Shown here: positions 1-10,456 of the stretch, piece by piece
Layout of the letters: each line of letters begins with the position of its first letter
Position numbering within the stretch: position 1 is the first letter of the stretch
Position numbers and translations under genes: made by a program
Assembly: GCA_963749155.1 (NCBI GenBank)
Contig: CAVVLO010000002.1
Coordinates: 960,001-1,024,000, forward strand
From: an uncultured Armatimonadia bacterium
Lineage (GTDB): Bacteria > Armatimonadota > Zipacnadia > CAVVLO01
Length of the DNA: 64,000 bases
Direction of reading: 5' to 3'
The notes under the pieces: model-generated
Database searches by the model: none
The model's input: only the letters and a program-made list of their open reading frames with translations
Told to the model about the DNA's origin: nothing

Positions 1-111
1 GAATCACGCTGCAAGCCCAAAAATCCCTGCGCTTGCGGGGGCACCTTCGTAAAAGTCGAAGAGGAAAAGAAGAGCTCCGGCTGCGGGTGCAGCAAGAAGA
101 AGTGCTCGTAA
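1..111 (+). CDS. 3' end of a small Cys-rich RCKP-type rubredoxin-like protein (partial)
   Basis: Frame 1 reads ESRCKPKNPCACGGTFVKVEEEKKSSGCGCSKKKCS* (RCKP...CxC motif). Not in the ORF track; followed by a terminator. Confidence 0.65.
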   Translation, partial: ESRCKPKNPCACGGTFVKVEEEKKSSGCGCSKKKCS

Positions 112-130
112 CCGAGTTCTGAGCAAGTGA

Positions 131-162
131 GGGGGAGGCCAGTTGGCCTCCCCTTCTGTTTT
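131..162 (+). terminator. Rho-independent terminator
   Basis: GGGGAGGCCA-gt-TGGCCTCCCC hairpin followed by TTCTGTTTT, between convergent genes. Confidence 0.75.
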
Positions 163-164
163 GA

Positions 165-269
165 TCAGTCCTTATTCCACTTGGCCCACCCATACAGGAT
201 AGACCCCAGGGCTACGGCAAGGCAGGCCCAGTAGGCCAGGGCGATTGCAGGATCAGCCATCCCAAGCAT
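165..269 (-). CDS. Symporter small accessory membrane peptide (34 aa)
   Basis: MLGMADPAIALAYWACLAVALGSILYGWAKWNKD*. Single hydrophobic helix starting 2 nt after the symporter stop; resembles the accessory peptides that accompany sodium:solute symporters. Confidence 0.7.
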   Translation of the reverse strand: MLGMADPAIALAYWACLAVALGSILYGWAKWNKD

Positions 270-271
270 CG

Positions 272-1903
272 CTACTTCGCCTCCTCGACAGATTCGTCGT
301 AGACGCTCTCGGCAAAACACTTGTCCAGATGCGCCGCATCGGGTTTCGGCGTGACCAGACTTACTACAACCGTTACCAGAGTCGCTAGCGGTAAGGCTAT
401 CAGAAGTGAGTCGATGCTCGCCCAGGGCTCTGGAAAGAGCGGCCCCCCGAACAGTTTATTGGCAAGCCCGACGGCACCCGCCTCCTTGCCATGCACCAGC
501 AAGGTCCAGGCCAGACTGCTTAAGCAGCCGGTCAACATCCCGGATATCGCGCCCGCTTTGGTCAGACCTCGTGTGAACAGCCCCCCCACCAGCATCGGCA
601 GGAAAGCTGCTCCGAACAAGCCAAACACGAAAGCTGTTCCCATCGCCACGATACTGGGTGGCAGGCTGAAGGCTATAACCACGCTGGCCAGGATGGCAAC
701 GGTGATGGCGATACGTGTCACTTTGATGGTGCTGGCAGCCGCCTCGCCCGATTTCTGCATCCAGACCTGGACTACATCGCGCCCAAGCGCGCTGCCCATT
801 GCGTGGAAAAGCGAACTCAAGGTGGACATTGCTGCAGCAAGCAAGGTCACCATAAACAAATAGACATACCACTGGGGCAGCTCCAGGTTGAGGAAGAGGG
901 GCATCACAAGATCCACATTCCCACCTGCGGCGTCCAGCGACAGCTTGCCAGTCTTATCGAGGAAGAAGACATTCGATAACGCGCCTGTGATATAGGCTGT
1001 ACCTACCATCACAAGTATGAAAAGTCCGCCAATAAGCACGCCGCGGTTGAGGTCGCGCCCGCGCTTCACGGTCATAAACCGGACATTGAGCTGAGGCTGA
1101 GCAAGGGAGCCCAGGCCGACAGGCAGTATGATACTTGTAATGAGGAGCCACCAGAAGGGCGAGCCAAAGGCAGGCATTGCTGTCCAGCCCTGCAGGCCTT
1201 TGGCAGCCAAACCAGCGGGCACTTCGGGAGCCAGGGCTGTCAGCGCCTGATGAGCCGGAAGGATGCCGCCCAGCTTCGCATACACCATAATCGCAAGAGC
1301 TGCCATTCCAAGGAACATCAGAGCGCCCTGGAAGGCCTCTGCCATCATGGCCGATTTGAGTCCTCCGATAACCACATAAATCGCGATTATAAGTGAGAAG
1401 ACGATGAGAGAGCCCTCATATGATACTTGCAACGTAGGCGCGATAAAGCGAGCGGCGCCAATCAGGATGACCCCAGCATAAAGAGGCAAGGTTAGGAAGA
1501 TCAGCAAGCCCGCGAAACCTTGCACGAAGCCTGATTGGACTCGCTTGCCGAGTAGTTCGGGGAAGGTGACCGCGTTCAGGTTGGAACCAACCTTACGCAC
1601 TGCCCGACCGAACACCGTGAAGGCCAGCAGGATACCTATAGCAATATTGGCGAATACAAGCCAAAGCAGGCCAAGACCCAGCATTGAAGCCAGTCCCGTA
1701 AAGCCTATTATGGCAGCGGTTGAGATGAAGCTGGCGCCATAACTAAGTGCCATCACGAAGGAGTGCATCCCCCGGCCTGCCAGCATATAGTCTTCGGCGG
1801 TCCTGGTCTTACGCCAGCCCTGGTAGCCAAGCAGCACCAACAAGATAAAATAGCTGCCGACAATCGCAAAGAACAGTGGCATATTAGGAGCAGTGGTTTC
1901 CAT
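272..1903 (-). CDS. Sodium:solute symporter family protein
   Basis: 543 aa with ~13 TM helices; SSS motifs DYMLAGR, GGLKS and LAAAMSTLSS. Confidence 0.9.
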   Translation of the reverse strand: METTAPNMPLFFAIVGSYFILLVLLGYQGWRKTRTAEDYMLAGRGMHSFVMALSYGASFISTAAIIGFTGLASMLGLGLLWLVFANIAIGILLAFTVFGRAVRKVGSNLNAVTFPELLGKRVQSGFVQGFAGLLIFLTLPLYAGVILIGAARFIAPTLQVSYEGSLIVFSLIIAIYVVIGGLKSAMMAEAFQGALMFLGMAALAIMVYAKLGGILPAHQALTALAPEVPAGLAAKGLQGWTAMPAFGSPFWWLLITSIILPVGLGSLAQPQLNVRFMTVKRGRDLNRGVLIGGLFILVMVGTAYITGALSNVFFLDKTGKLSLDAAGGNVDLVMPLFLNLELPQWYVYLFMVTLLAAAMSTLSSLFHAMGSALGRDVVQVWMQKSGEAAASTIKVTRIAITVAILASVVIAFSLPPSIVAMGTAFVFGLFGAAFLPMLVGGLFTRGLTKAGAISGMLTGCLSSLAWTLLVHGKEAGAVGLANKLFGGPLFPEPWASIDSLLIALPLATLVTVVVSLVTPKPDAAHLDKCFAESVYDESVEEAK

Positions 1904-1965
1904 AAGCAGTCCCCCTGGGGGCGGAATGAAACCTGGTCAGGGCGCGCAAGGCGTCCTTGGCAGGA

Positions 1966-3264
1966 TTATACGCTAGTCATGGATTCTGTTTGGGCATCGA
2001 CCTGGGAAGTGCCGTTTGCCTCAGTAATAAATAACCAGGCCATCAGGGCAGCCAGACCCGCCAGCACTGCACTGAGGATGAAAACCGCCTGGTAGCCCTG
2101 GGCCAGCCGGTCTACCAGCACGCCTCCCATAATCGGTCCCAGTGCTCCAGCAGGTGTAGTCAGAGCGCCTCCGAGTCCAAGAAATCCTGTCGCATCGTCA
2201 TGCGGGCACAGCTTTACTGTCAGTCGCCATTGGGCAAGGAAGAACGCGCTACCGCCCAGGCCACCTACCGCAAAAGCCGCATAAACGAGCCATACCTTCC
2301 CGAAGAGCAACAGCAGGCAGGAGATGGCCATACAGAGTGTAGCACCGATGATTACCGGTTTATAGCGTGTATGGTCGCCTACCCATCCTGCAATTGGACT
2401 GCCAACCATCCCTGCTATGGTGCCCGCGGCAATGAGCAAGGCAGTGCTACCCTCGGACATTCCGACACTTTCGACCGCCCAGACAGCCGAAAAAGCCCCG
2501 GCCATCGAAGCGAAGCCTACCAGACTGCGATTTGCAAGCAGCCCCAGGAAGGGACGGTTGCTGATTACCGACTTGAGCAGGCGACGAAAATATTCTCTGG
2601 GCCCTGGTCGTTGTTTTTCAGCGGGCCAACGCACCTCGCGCAGCCTGAAGATAAGCGCCAGGCTGATTGTCCAAAGCACCGCGCCTGCCAGGAAGCAATA
2701 CCCATAATTAAAGGGGTGGTCGAGATGATCTATCAGCCACTTGGCTGGTTTGGCCGCCAGTACTCCCATCAGGCCAGAGGCGAACATCATAATGCCAAAG
2801 GCCTTGCCGCGAAGGCGGACTGGATAGATTTTGTCGACCATCGCGAACCAGACGGGCATTATAAAACCGAAGGCCAGGCTCTGGATGAACTGGCTAATCA
2901 GCACCAACACAATTGCAGTAGTGTTGCCCAGAGTATCAGCATGGAAAGCTGTGAAGGCGAGTATGTATCCCCCAATCAGCACCGGGACATGCAACCAGAC
3001 CGCAGGGGTTTTCTTCTTGGGAAGATGCTCTGTATAGTAGGCCGTGATTAGCTGTGGGACGGTAGCCGCCACCGCCATCAACGCGGGCAACAAGCCAATG
3101 ATCATCCCACTGGCGCCAAGGCTTCGCAGAAATACTGGCAACAGAGCCTGCTGAGAGACAAACGCCGTCCCGGCGCCCCAGATGGCCTCCACAAAGAGCA
3201 AGACGTTGAGGTTGAAGCGCCAGCGTAACTCGACCTTTGCGTTGTAGTCGACCAGGTGATCCAT
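1966..3264 (-). CDS. MFS transporter
   Basis: ~12 TM helices; GWVGDH and GGVLVDRL MFS motifs. Start reassigned to ATG 3264 (MDHLV) because the longer ORF runs through a terminator. Confidence 0.8.
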   Translation of the reverse strand: MDHLVDYNAKVELRWRFNLNVLLFVEAIWGAGTAFVSQQALLPVFLRSLGASGMIIGLLPALMAVAATVPQLITAYYTEHLPKKKTPAVWLHVPVLIGGYILAFTAFHADTLGNTTAIVLVLISQFIQSLAFGFIMPVWFAMVDKIYPVRLRGKAFGIMMFASGLMGVLAAKPAKWLIDHLDHPFNYGYCFLAGAVLWTISLALIFRLREVRWPAEKQRPGPREYFRRLLKSVISNRPFLGLLANRSLVGFASMAGAFSAVWAVESVGMSEGSTALLIAAGTIAGMVGSPIAGWVGDHTRYKPVIIGATLCMAISCLLLLFGKVWLVYAAFAVGGLGGSAFFLAQWRLTVKLCPHDDATGFLGLGGALTTPAGALGPIMGGVLVDRLAQGYQAVFILSAVLAGLAALMAWLFITEANGTSQVDAQTESMTSV

Positions 3265-3337
3265 CAAGCACCCACAAGGGGGTAATTCAGCGGAATATAG
3301 CACGTCCACCGGCGTGGGAGAAGTCTTTTCCGGAAAC

Positions 3338-3375
3338 AAAAAAGCCGCCTGAGATTTTCCAGGCGGCTTTTTTTT
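3338..3375. terminator. Terminator with A/T tracts on both sides, downstream of the histidine kinase
   Basis: AAAAAAGCCGCCTG-agattttc-CAGGCGGCTTTTTTTT. Confidence 0.8.
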
Positions 3376-3392
3376 CAGACTCACCGAATCAG

Positions 3393-6300
3393 CTAGTCAG
3401 GCAGATGCTTGTCAAGGAGACGGATAAGCTCGTGTTGGCGGTAAGGCTTGGCCAAAACTTCGGTTATACCGACCAGGGCGGCATGATTCCTGTCTACCTG
3501 TTCGCCCCAGCCGGTCGCGAGAATAATCGGCAAGTCAGGGCGCATACGGTGTAGCTCACTGGCCAAATCGAGACCGCTTATACCGGGCATCCCCAGGTCG
3601 GTGACTACCAGGTCGAAGTCTCCCTCGCGCGCCCATTCAAGCGCCTCTAGCGGATCGCCGAACTCGATAACCTGGTGCCCCAGTTTGGCAAGCAGCGTGG
3701 TAAGCACGCGACGCACTTCGGGCAGATCTTCTACCACAAGCAGCTTGCCTGTCTTGGTCCCATGAGCCGGCACATCATCGACTAGCTGCTCGAAGGTAGC
3801 GTGCTGTTGTGGCTCGGGACGAGTATCATCCTCTACTGGCAGGCCGATGGTAATTGTCGTGCCTTCGCCAAGCTTGCTTGCGACTTGCAACCGGCCGCCA
3901 TGCCGCTTGGCAATGCCATGACTGACAGAAAGCCCCAGGCCTGTGCGACCTTTCGTCGAGTAGAAAGCTTCGCGACAATGTTGCAGTACCTCCGGCGCCA
4001 TCCCAAGGCCCGTATCGGCGACTGAAAGTCTGATTTCTCTGCCTTCAACCCCGGCGCTCAAACGCAACTCCCCACCGGCGGGCATAGCTTCTACGGCATT
4101 GAGGACAAGGCTCACGAAGAGCTGCTGCAGAGCGCTCTCATCGCCAACCAGGTCAGGCAGAGGTTCCTCGAGCTCCAGCACGGGATGGATAGTGATACCT
4201 CGGCGTTCGGCTTCATCAAGCCAGCGCGGCTCGGTCAGTTCGAGTACGGTCGAGAACAACTCTCTGACTGGTACCCGCTGAAGGTCGACATCCTTGCGGA
4301 TATTGGCGAATTCCTGGAGGCGACGGACGCTCGCAGCGCCTTCCTCGGCAGAGCCGACTATGCTTTCAAGCCAGTCCTTGCGCAGCTTGGGATCGTCTAT
4401 CTCGAGTGCGAGTTCGGCGTTGCCCATTATCGCAGCGAGTACATTGTTGAAGTCGTGAGCCACTCCCGCGGCAAGCTCGGCGATGATGCGAGTCTTCTCA
4501 CCCGCAGCCAGGCGTTCGCGCAGAGTATAAAGCTCGGTCACATCGGTGCCGACAAGCACCACGCCTTCAAGAGAGCCATCTTCAGCAGCAAGTGGCGAGG
4601 CGCTAAGAGTAAGCTGCCGTTTTCCGCCTTTGCCGTCCAGGAAGCCCAACTGGCCTTCGCGAACCGGCTGCCCTTCAAACAACACCCGAGAGGCGAGTTC
4701 GGCCATTGCCTCGCCCACGGTATTGGCTTCACCAGGCTCGGTAAGCGCCTTATTGGCCAACTGCTCGACATAGGAGTTCTGCGAGCGGATTGTCTTGTCC
4801 TGATTGTAGACCGCAATCGCAGCCTGGGAATTCTCGAGTACGCGCGCAAGGAAGGCATGGGCTCCGCTGGCTTCTTCTTGCGCCTTGCGCAGCTCGGTCA
4901 CATCGCTGAAGGAGAGCAACACAGCCACTTCGCCGTTGCCACCCAGGGTGGTGCTGCCAGAATACTGGAGCCACTGGGTAGACCCTTCCTGCTGTACCTC
5001 ACAAAGACCATAAATACTGGCGACCTTGCCTGCCGCGAGTTCTCGCACCTTGGCGATACAGGGAGTATCTCCCAGACGCGACAGGCTGGTTATCTGCTTG
5101 CCAAGCACTTCGGAGGCAGGCAGTCCAAGCAACTGCTCGGCTTTACCATTCCAAAGCTGGATTGTCAGTGCCTGGTTTAGCACGCACATCCCGCTACCGG
5201 CTTCGTCCAGCACCGAGGCGAGCCAGCGACTCGCCAGATCTGCCCTTTGGCGCTCTCTGAGGCGCCTTAGACTTGACTGTAGAGCTGGTAGCAGAAGCTG
5301 ATATAGATGGTAATGTATTTCGTGCTCTGAAAAAGTGAAAGGCTCGCCAGAAGCCACTACGGCAGCCGCCAGGATATCCTCTGGATTATCCGCATCCGAC
5401 ATTGGAAGGACAACCAGAGAGCGGATACCCGCTTCGACCCAGGCCTCTGCAAGGCCCCAGCTAGCGCTTTGCAACTCATCAAGGACCACGGGCTGGCGTG
5501 ATTTGGCTGCCAGGCTAAAGGGACTGCCAGGCCCTCCTGTAGCTTCGAGAGAGACTTTTTTGAGAGGCCCGCTGGCCTCGCCAAAGCGTTCCCAACCCTT
5601 ATCAACTGGACGCCAGAGGGCAGCGCCGGTCGCTCTGGTGAGTTGTAAGGCGGCTTTCGAGAAAGCTTTGGCCAGCTCTTCCTCTGTTGCACTGCCTAGC
5701 AGTTCACTTGAGAGTTCGTTGACTTTGGCATCAAAGCCAGCTTGTTCGGCGTGTTCTTTGTTCAGACCGCTCTCTCGGCGTGTCTTGATTAGCGTAGTGG
5801 CAAGTGAACCCATCGCAACCAGCAGCACCAGCGTAATGAGCAGGGCCTGACTGCGAGCACCCGCTGTGGCTGCGCCCAGATATGAGCGCGGAGTGGCGAC
5901 GAGGATAGTGAATCTCTGCTTGTCGATGCGAGTAGGCACGGCGCTAATCAGATAACCCGCCGCTTCGCAAGACATAACGGGGGTGCCTGGCGCGGAGTCA
6001 GCGCGCAGAAAGCCCCCTGCCCCCTCGGTCAGTTGCTGATTCAGACGTTCTTCCGCCACATCGACAAGCTTGGGCATATGCGGAAACTCCAGAGCTACTG
6101 GCTTTCCTTTGCCCTCGCTTACCTGGATCCCAAAATTGCTTGCGCTGGGATTGCTTTCGCCTGCGGCATAAGGAAGACGCCATATGACAACCAGAGAGCG
6201 TTGCCCCATCGGCATATAAACGCCGCTGACAACATAGAGCCCGCTATCTTCAGGTGAAGCAGCGGCAGTATTGTCCTGCACTTCGATCTCGGCGAACAAT

Positions 6301-6791
6301 TGCTCTTTGCCACTAGCCAGTTTCTCCAGGCCTTTGGTCATCAGAGGCTGGAAGCTTGCAGCAGATAAGCCAAGGGGCGTTATATAAGGGGTTGTAGCAG
6401 GCGGAGCCAGCACCCCAAGCGCTACCGGAGTAAGCACCTGGGAAGTTGCCTCGGTGGGGCGAAGCAAGCTGGACTTTGAGAGCGCCGCCACTTCGGGGGC
6501 GCTTCCAGTCGGCGGCTTGGCGAGCCTGAGTTTCGCCTCGACAGAATAAGCGAGCAGCTCGGTCCTTTGGCGCGCTTCTGCGACAGCTTGCTGTAATTCA
6601 ACTCGCGTGTCCTGGGCTCTGGTAAATTGCCGCGCGTAGATTTCGCTACTGGCAGCTCTCATCGAGCTGTTGTAGGTGGCCGCCGTGTAGAGAAGCACAC
6701 TCAACACGGCGACAATCAACAGCACGACTGTCGCGACGTCCAATGCAGGACGACCGCTCTTCCAGGTTTTGAACTCACCTGATAGGGCCAT
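3393..6791 (-). CDS. Membrane hybrid sensor histidine kinase (extracytoplasmic sensor, GAF, PAS x2, HisKA, HATPase, receiver)
   Basis: Two TM segments; H-box AGVAHDFNN; NAVEAM, DTGLGM and GLGLS boxes; C-terminal receiver domain (LLVVED, TDLGMPGISG, KPY). Confidence 0.92.
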   Translation of the reverse strand: MALSGEFKTWKSGRPALDVATVVLLIVAVLSVLLYTAATYNSSMRAASSEIYARQFTRAQDTRVELQQAVAEARQRTELLAYSVEAKLRLAKPPTGSAPEVAALSKSSLLRPTEATSQVLTPVALGVLAPPATTPYITPLGLSAASFQPLMTKGLEKLASGKEQLFAEIEVQDNTAAASPEDSGLYVVSGVYMPMGQRSLVVIWRLPYAAGESNPSASNFGIQVSEGKGKPVALEFPHMPKLVDVAEERLNQQLTEGAGGFLRADSAPGTPVMSCEAAGYLISAVPTRIDKQRFTILVATPRSYLGAATAGARSQALLITLVLLVAMGSLATTLIKTRRESGLNKEHAEQAGFDAKVNELSSELLGSATEEELAKAFSKAALQLTRATGAALWRPVDKGWERFGEASGPLKKVSLEATGGPGSPFSLAAKSRQPVVLDELQSASWGLAEAWVEAGIRSLVVLPMSDADNPEDILAAAVVASGEPFTFSEHEIHYHLYQLLLPALQSSLRRLRERQRADLASRWLASVLDEAGSGMCVLNQALTIQLWNGKAEQLLGLPASEVLGKQITSLSRLGDTPCIAKVRELAAGKVASIYGLCEVQQEGSTQWLQYSGSTTLGGNGEVAVLLSFSDVTELRKAQEEASGAHAFLARVLENSQAAIAVYNQDKTIRSQNSYVEQLANKALTEPGEANTVGEAMAELASRVLFEGQPVREGQLGFLDGKGGKRQLTLSASPLAAEDGSLEGVVLVGTDVTELYTLRERLAAGEKTRIIAELAAGVAHDFNNVLAAIMGNAELALEIDDPKLRKDWLESIVGSAEEGAASVRRLQEFANIRKDVDLQRVPVRELFSTVLELTEPRWLDEAERRGITIHPVLELEEPLPDLVGDESALQQLFVSLVLNAVEAMPAGGELRLSAGVEGREIRLSVADTGLGMAPEVLQHCREAFYSTKGRTGLGLSVSHGIAKRHGGRLQVASKLGEGTTITIGLPVEDDTRPEPQQHATFEQLVDDVPAHGTKTGKLLVVEDLPEVRRVLTTLLAKLGHQVIEFGDPLEALEWAREGDFDLVVTDLGMPGISGLDLASELHRMRPDLPIILATGWGEQVDRNHAALVGITEVLAKPYRQHELIRLLDKHLPD

Positions 6792-6980
6792 AATAGCTTT
6801 GCGCCTGACCTGTGATAGGTATAAGAGTTACAAAATGCCCGGGCTGCCTTTTCCCTGTGGCTCTATTATATGACCTTCGAAACCCCCCTTTTTGCGATGT
6901 GCAAAAGAATTGAACGATATGTTGCAATTGTTTACCTCAGAAAAGGCACTTTCAGCGTCTCTTTGACTGACTGAAGGCCC

Positions 6981-7009
6981 TTGACAGCCCGCCGGTGCTT
7001 GAATAAGGT
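6981..7009 (+). promoter_or_regulatory. Sigma70-type promoter of the NIL-ferredoxin/larE/nadB operon
   Basis: TTGACA (6981-6986), 17 nt spacer, TAAGGT (7004-7009); GGAGG RBS at 7019-7023. Confidence 0.6.
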
Positions 7010-7031
7010 AACCTGACTGGAGGAAAACACA

Positions 7032-7454
7032 ATGGATGCCACCAAGCAGGTCGCTCGACGCATTGTTATCAAGTATCCCGTCAACCTCGTAGGCGAGCCG
7101 CTAATATACCGGCTGGCCAGAGATTACGGTCTGGTATTCAATATCCTCAGGGCCAATGTGAATCCAGAAGCAGAGGGAGTATTGGTGCTGGAGCTACGTG
7201 GCACTGACGCCGCCTGCACTGAAGGCATCGAGTTTCTGAGTTCCGCCGGGGTCGATGTTCAGCCTCTGTCCATGCATATCCGCCGCGATGAGGAGGCGTG
7301 CACCCATTGTGGCCTTTGCACCAGTGTCTGCCCGACCGGCGCCCTGGTTGTAGATCAGGCGACGCAGCTTGTCGATTTCCTTCAAGAAGAATGCATCGCC
7401 TGTGGCCTGTGCGTGCGCACCTGTCCGATGAAGGCCATGCGCGTTGAGTTCTAG
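7032..7454 (+). CDS. NIL domain plus 2x[4Fe-4S] ferredoxin protein
   Basis: N-terminal EPLIYRLARDYGLVFNILRA (NIL); two CxxCxxCxxxCP motifs. Confidence 0.88.
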   Translation: MDATKQVARRIVIKYPVNLVGEPLIYRLARDYGLVFNILRANVNPEAEGVLVLELRGTDAACTEGIEFLSSAGVDVQPLSMHIRRDEEACTHCGLCTSVCPTGALVVDQATQLVDFLQEECIACGLCVRTCPMKAMRVEF

Positions 7455-7478
7455 CTGTGCTGGTGGAGAATCGCCTCA

Positions 7479-8291
7479 ATGAGTTTGCAGCGTCCCTTGC
7501 CTTCTGATGAGCGGCTAGACTGTCTTCGGGCTCGCCTGCGGGCTACGGGAGGCTGCGTTGTCGCCTTCTCGGGTGGGGTTGACAGCACCCTTCTGGCTGC
7601 AGTCGCCCTGGCCGAACTCGGTGACAAGTGCCTGTTTGCCTTTGTAAAGACCGCCTTCATCACCGAGAAAGAAGCTCAAGAGGCCGAAGTGCTTGCCCGG
7701 CGCCTGGGTGGTCGGCTGGTAAGGGTCGAACTCGATCCACTGGACTTGCCTCAGGTCGCCGCCAATGACAGGCTGCGTTGTTATTTTTGCAAACGCGCGC
7801 TGATGACCGAACTCAAGGTGTTAGCCGCCAGAGAAGGCTTGCATGCCGTGGTCGAAGGTAGCAATGCTGATGATCAACAAGCTTATCGCCCAGGAAAGAA
7901 AGCTCTCGAAGAACTGGGCATAATTTCTCCCCTGGCCGAGTGCGGTCTTACCAAGCAAGTTATCCGCGAGTTGGCCCTCGCCCTTGAATTACCCAACTGG
8001 CAGCGCCCCTCGCTCCCTTGCCTGGCGACCCGGTTTCCATACGACACTCTCCTTACGCCAGAGGCGCTGGCGCAGGTTGCCGAGGCAGAAGCCTTGCTGC
8101 GCGAGCTAGGATTTGGTGACTTCCGGGTACGTGTCGATGGCGGACTGGCGCGGATAGAAGTACCCGTCGACCAGATGTCTCGCTTGCTGGCACCGGAGGT
8201 GCGGGGCAGGATTCTGGAAAAACTCAGAGAATTGGGTTATAAATACGTGACTTGCGACCTGGCCGGATTTAGATCGGGCAGTTATGACTGA
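7479..8291 (+). CDS. larE: ATP-dependent sulfur transferase LarE (PP-loop family)
   Basis: AFSGGVDST PP-loop, RCYFCK, YRPG, PCLATRFPY, RVRV..GLARIEV and DLAGFRSGS motifs. Confidence 0.88.
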   Translation: MSLQRPLPSDERLDCLRARLRATGGCVVAFSGGVDSTLLAAVALAELGDKCLFAFVKTAFITEKEAQEAEVLARRLGGRLVRVELDPLDLPQVAANDRLRCYFCKRALMTELKVLAAREGLHAVVEGSNADDQQAYRPGKKALEELGIISPLAECGLTKQVIRELALALELPNWQRPSLPCLATRFPYDTLLTPEALAQVAEAEALLRELGFGDFRVRVDGGLARIEVPVDQMSRLLAPEVRGRILEKLRELGYKYVTCDLAGFRSGSYD

Positions 8292-8311
8292 CACCACTCG
8301 GGAGGCTTCCC

Positions 8312-9903
8312 GTGATAGCGAATCTGCGTCTTGCAGGCGTTGAGCCCGCGGACGCGGCTGAAGTAGTTAGCTGCCACGCGCTGGTTATCGGCTCTGGCGT
8401 TGCGGGACTTACCGTCGCCTTGAGGCTGAGCCAGCTTGGCGATGTGGTGGTTGTTACCAAGCAGCGCCTGGCTGAAACCACAACCGAATACGCCCAGGGG
8501 GGCGTCGCCTGCGTCTGGTCTACTGAGGATTCCTTCGACTTGCATATCTCGGACACCCTGGTGGCGGGCGATGGCCTGTGCAGTGAACCCGCCGTCCGGG
8601 TGCTGGTAACCGAGGGGCCAGCTAGTGTCCACCGACTCATCCAGCTTGGCGCCGATTTTGACGAGAAAGAAGGCGAACTGGATCTAACCCGCGAGGCCGC
8701 GCATAGCAGGCGACGTATCCTGCATGCCAGGGGCGATGCCACTGGCGCCGAGATCCAGACCACCCTCTCCCGAGCTGCTCTCGCAAATCCCAATCTTGCC
8801 CTGCGTGAATACGAATTTCTGCTTGAACTGCTTACTCACGAAGGCCGCGTTGTCGGCGCTCTCACCGTAGACCAGCGCACCCACAAACTGATCTTGTACA
8901 AGACTTCCACTATTGTGCTTTGCACAGGCGGGCTGGGCCAGGTGTTCCGTTACACCACCAACCCGAGCGTCGCCACTGGAGATGGCCTGGCAGCAGCTTA
9001 CAGAGCCGGCGCCGAGGTTGCCGACCTCGAGTTTGTTCAGTTTCACCCGACCGCCCTGGGTGTACCGACGAAGGACCACCGTATAGCGCTGGTCTCAGAA
9101 TCGGTGCGAGGCGAGGGGGCCTTGCTTCGCAACTGCAACGGCGAACTCTTTATGGCGAGTTACCATCCCGAAGCCGAACTGGCCCCTCGCGATGTCGTTG
9201 CGCGCGCCATAGTCCTCGAAAAACAGCGCACTGGCTGCGATACCATCTATCTGGATATGCGCGAGATGGAAGGTGATGTGGCAACTCGCTTCCCCACAAT
9301 TACCCAGTCCTGCCTCGACGTGGGGCTTAACCCTGCCAAGGTGCTGATTCCCGTTATGCCTGTCGCCCATTATCATATGGGAGGCATCATCGTGGACAGA
9401 TATGGTCGGGCCAGCCTGCAAGGCCTTTACGCCAGTGGCGAAGTCACCTGCACTGGCGTGCATGGCGCCAACCGGCTTGCCTCCAACTCAATGCTCGAGG
9501 CGATGGTCTTCTCGGACCGGATAGCCAGCTATCTTGAGCAAGGAAGGGCTTTCAGCTCCCGAAGCCAGCTTGCCAAGTCTGACCCAGGCCAACCAGGAAG
9601 ACAGCTCAAGGGATTGGCGAAGAGACTCTTGCCGAGTTGCAGCAGCTAAACTGGGAAAAACTCGGTATCCTGCGTGATGGAGAAGGGTTGAAATCCGCCC
9701 TTGAAAGGCTGGATACACTGGCCTGGAAGCTGTGTCCTGATTTGTCCAGTATAAAAGGGCTTGAAGTGCTGAACGTGGCGCTCGTGGGCCGTTTGATGGC
9801 AGAAAGCGCTTTGGCGCGCACCGAAAGTCGAGGCGCCCATTATCGACTGGATTATCCCCAGCGAGACGATAAACACTGGCATATCCGGCTTCTGCACGCC
9901 TAG
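8312..9903 (+). CDS. nadB: L-aspartate oxidase, frameshifted at ~9540-9605 (probable sequence error)
   Basis: GSGVAGL, EAAHSRRRILHA, QFHPT, SESVRGEG, HYHMGG and GANRLASNS motifs. The C-terminal RTESRGAHYRLDYP continues in ORF 9637..9903. Confidence 0.9.
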
Positions 9904-9958
9904 GCCAGCCAGCGCGACGCGTGTCCCTGGATTATCCGCTGAGTGAAGGTGAAGAACA

Positions 9959-10456
9959 GTGACGAATCCGAGTTACTCCACCGTGATTGGCATAGAACAG
10001 TCAGGTGAACGTACCCAGATAATCAGGAGACCTGGTGTAATCAGCATCGTCGTTTACACCGCGACAGGTGCGGTCGAACTGGCCAAAGTGTTTGGCGCGC
10101 TTGCCGATCGCGAGGTCTCGATTATGGTTATGCAGCTTGGAGAAGGTTATGCCAGCTTCGTGGTGGACTCCAAACTGAGGGAGCAGGCGCGCATCGCACT
10201 CGAGGGACTAGGCAAGGAGTTCCGCCTGAGCGATGATCGCACCATCGTCAGCATAAGAGCCAGCAATATGCGCGAGGCCTCTGGCATTATGTATCGCATC
10301 GCGCGCGCCTTGAAGAGAGCCGAGGCCAAAGTAGATTTGATAGGCGATTCTTATAACTCGGTGTCCTGTCTGATTGACGACTCGACGGTAGAGCAAACCT
10401 ACCAGGAGCTTTGTGCCGAGTTTCCGCAGGACGGCGAGTGTGGTGAGGAAGAATGA
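9959..10456 (+). CDS. Stand-alone tandem ACT-domain protein resembling the aspartokinase regulatory region
   Basis: AKVFGALADREVSI and IVSIRASNMREASGIMYRIARAL ACT-like patterns; ATGA overlap with the aspartokinase start. Confidence 0.7.
   Translation: MTNPSYSTVIGIEQSGERTQIIRRPGVISIVVYTATGAVELAKVFGALADREVSIMVMQLGEGYASFVVDSKLREQARIALEGLGKEFRLSDDRTIVSIRASNMREASGIMYRIARALKRAEAKVDLIGDSYNSVSCLIDDSTVEQTYQELCAEFPQDGECGEEE

Noticed and set aside
3265..3384. N-terminal extension of the MFS ORF (MSLKKKPPGK...)
   Set aside because: It runs through a terminator hairpin; ATG 3264 is the more plausible start.
6890..6906. Short palindrome TTTTGC-GATGT-GCAAAA in the divergent intergenic region
   Set aside because: Only 6-bp arms, single copy, no regulator assignable.
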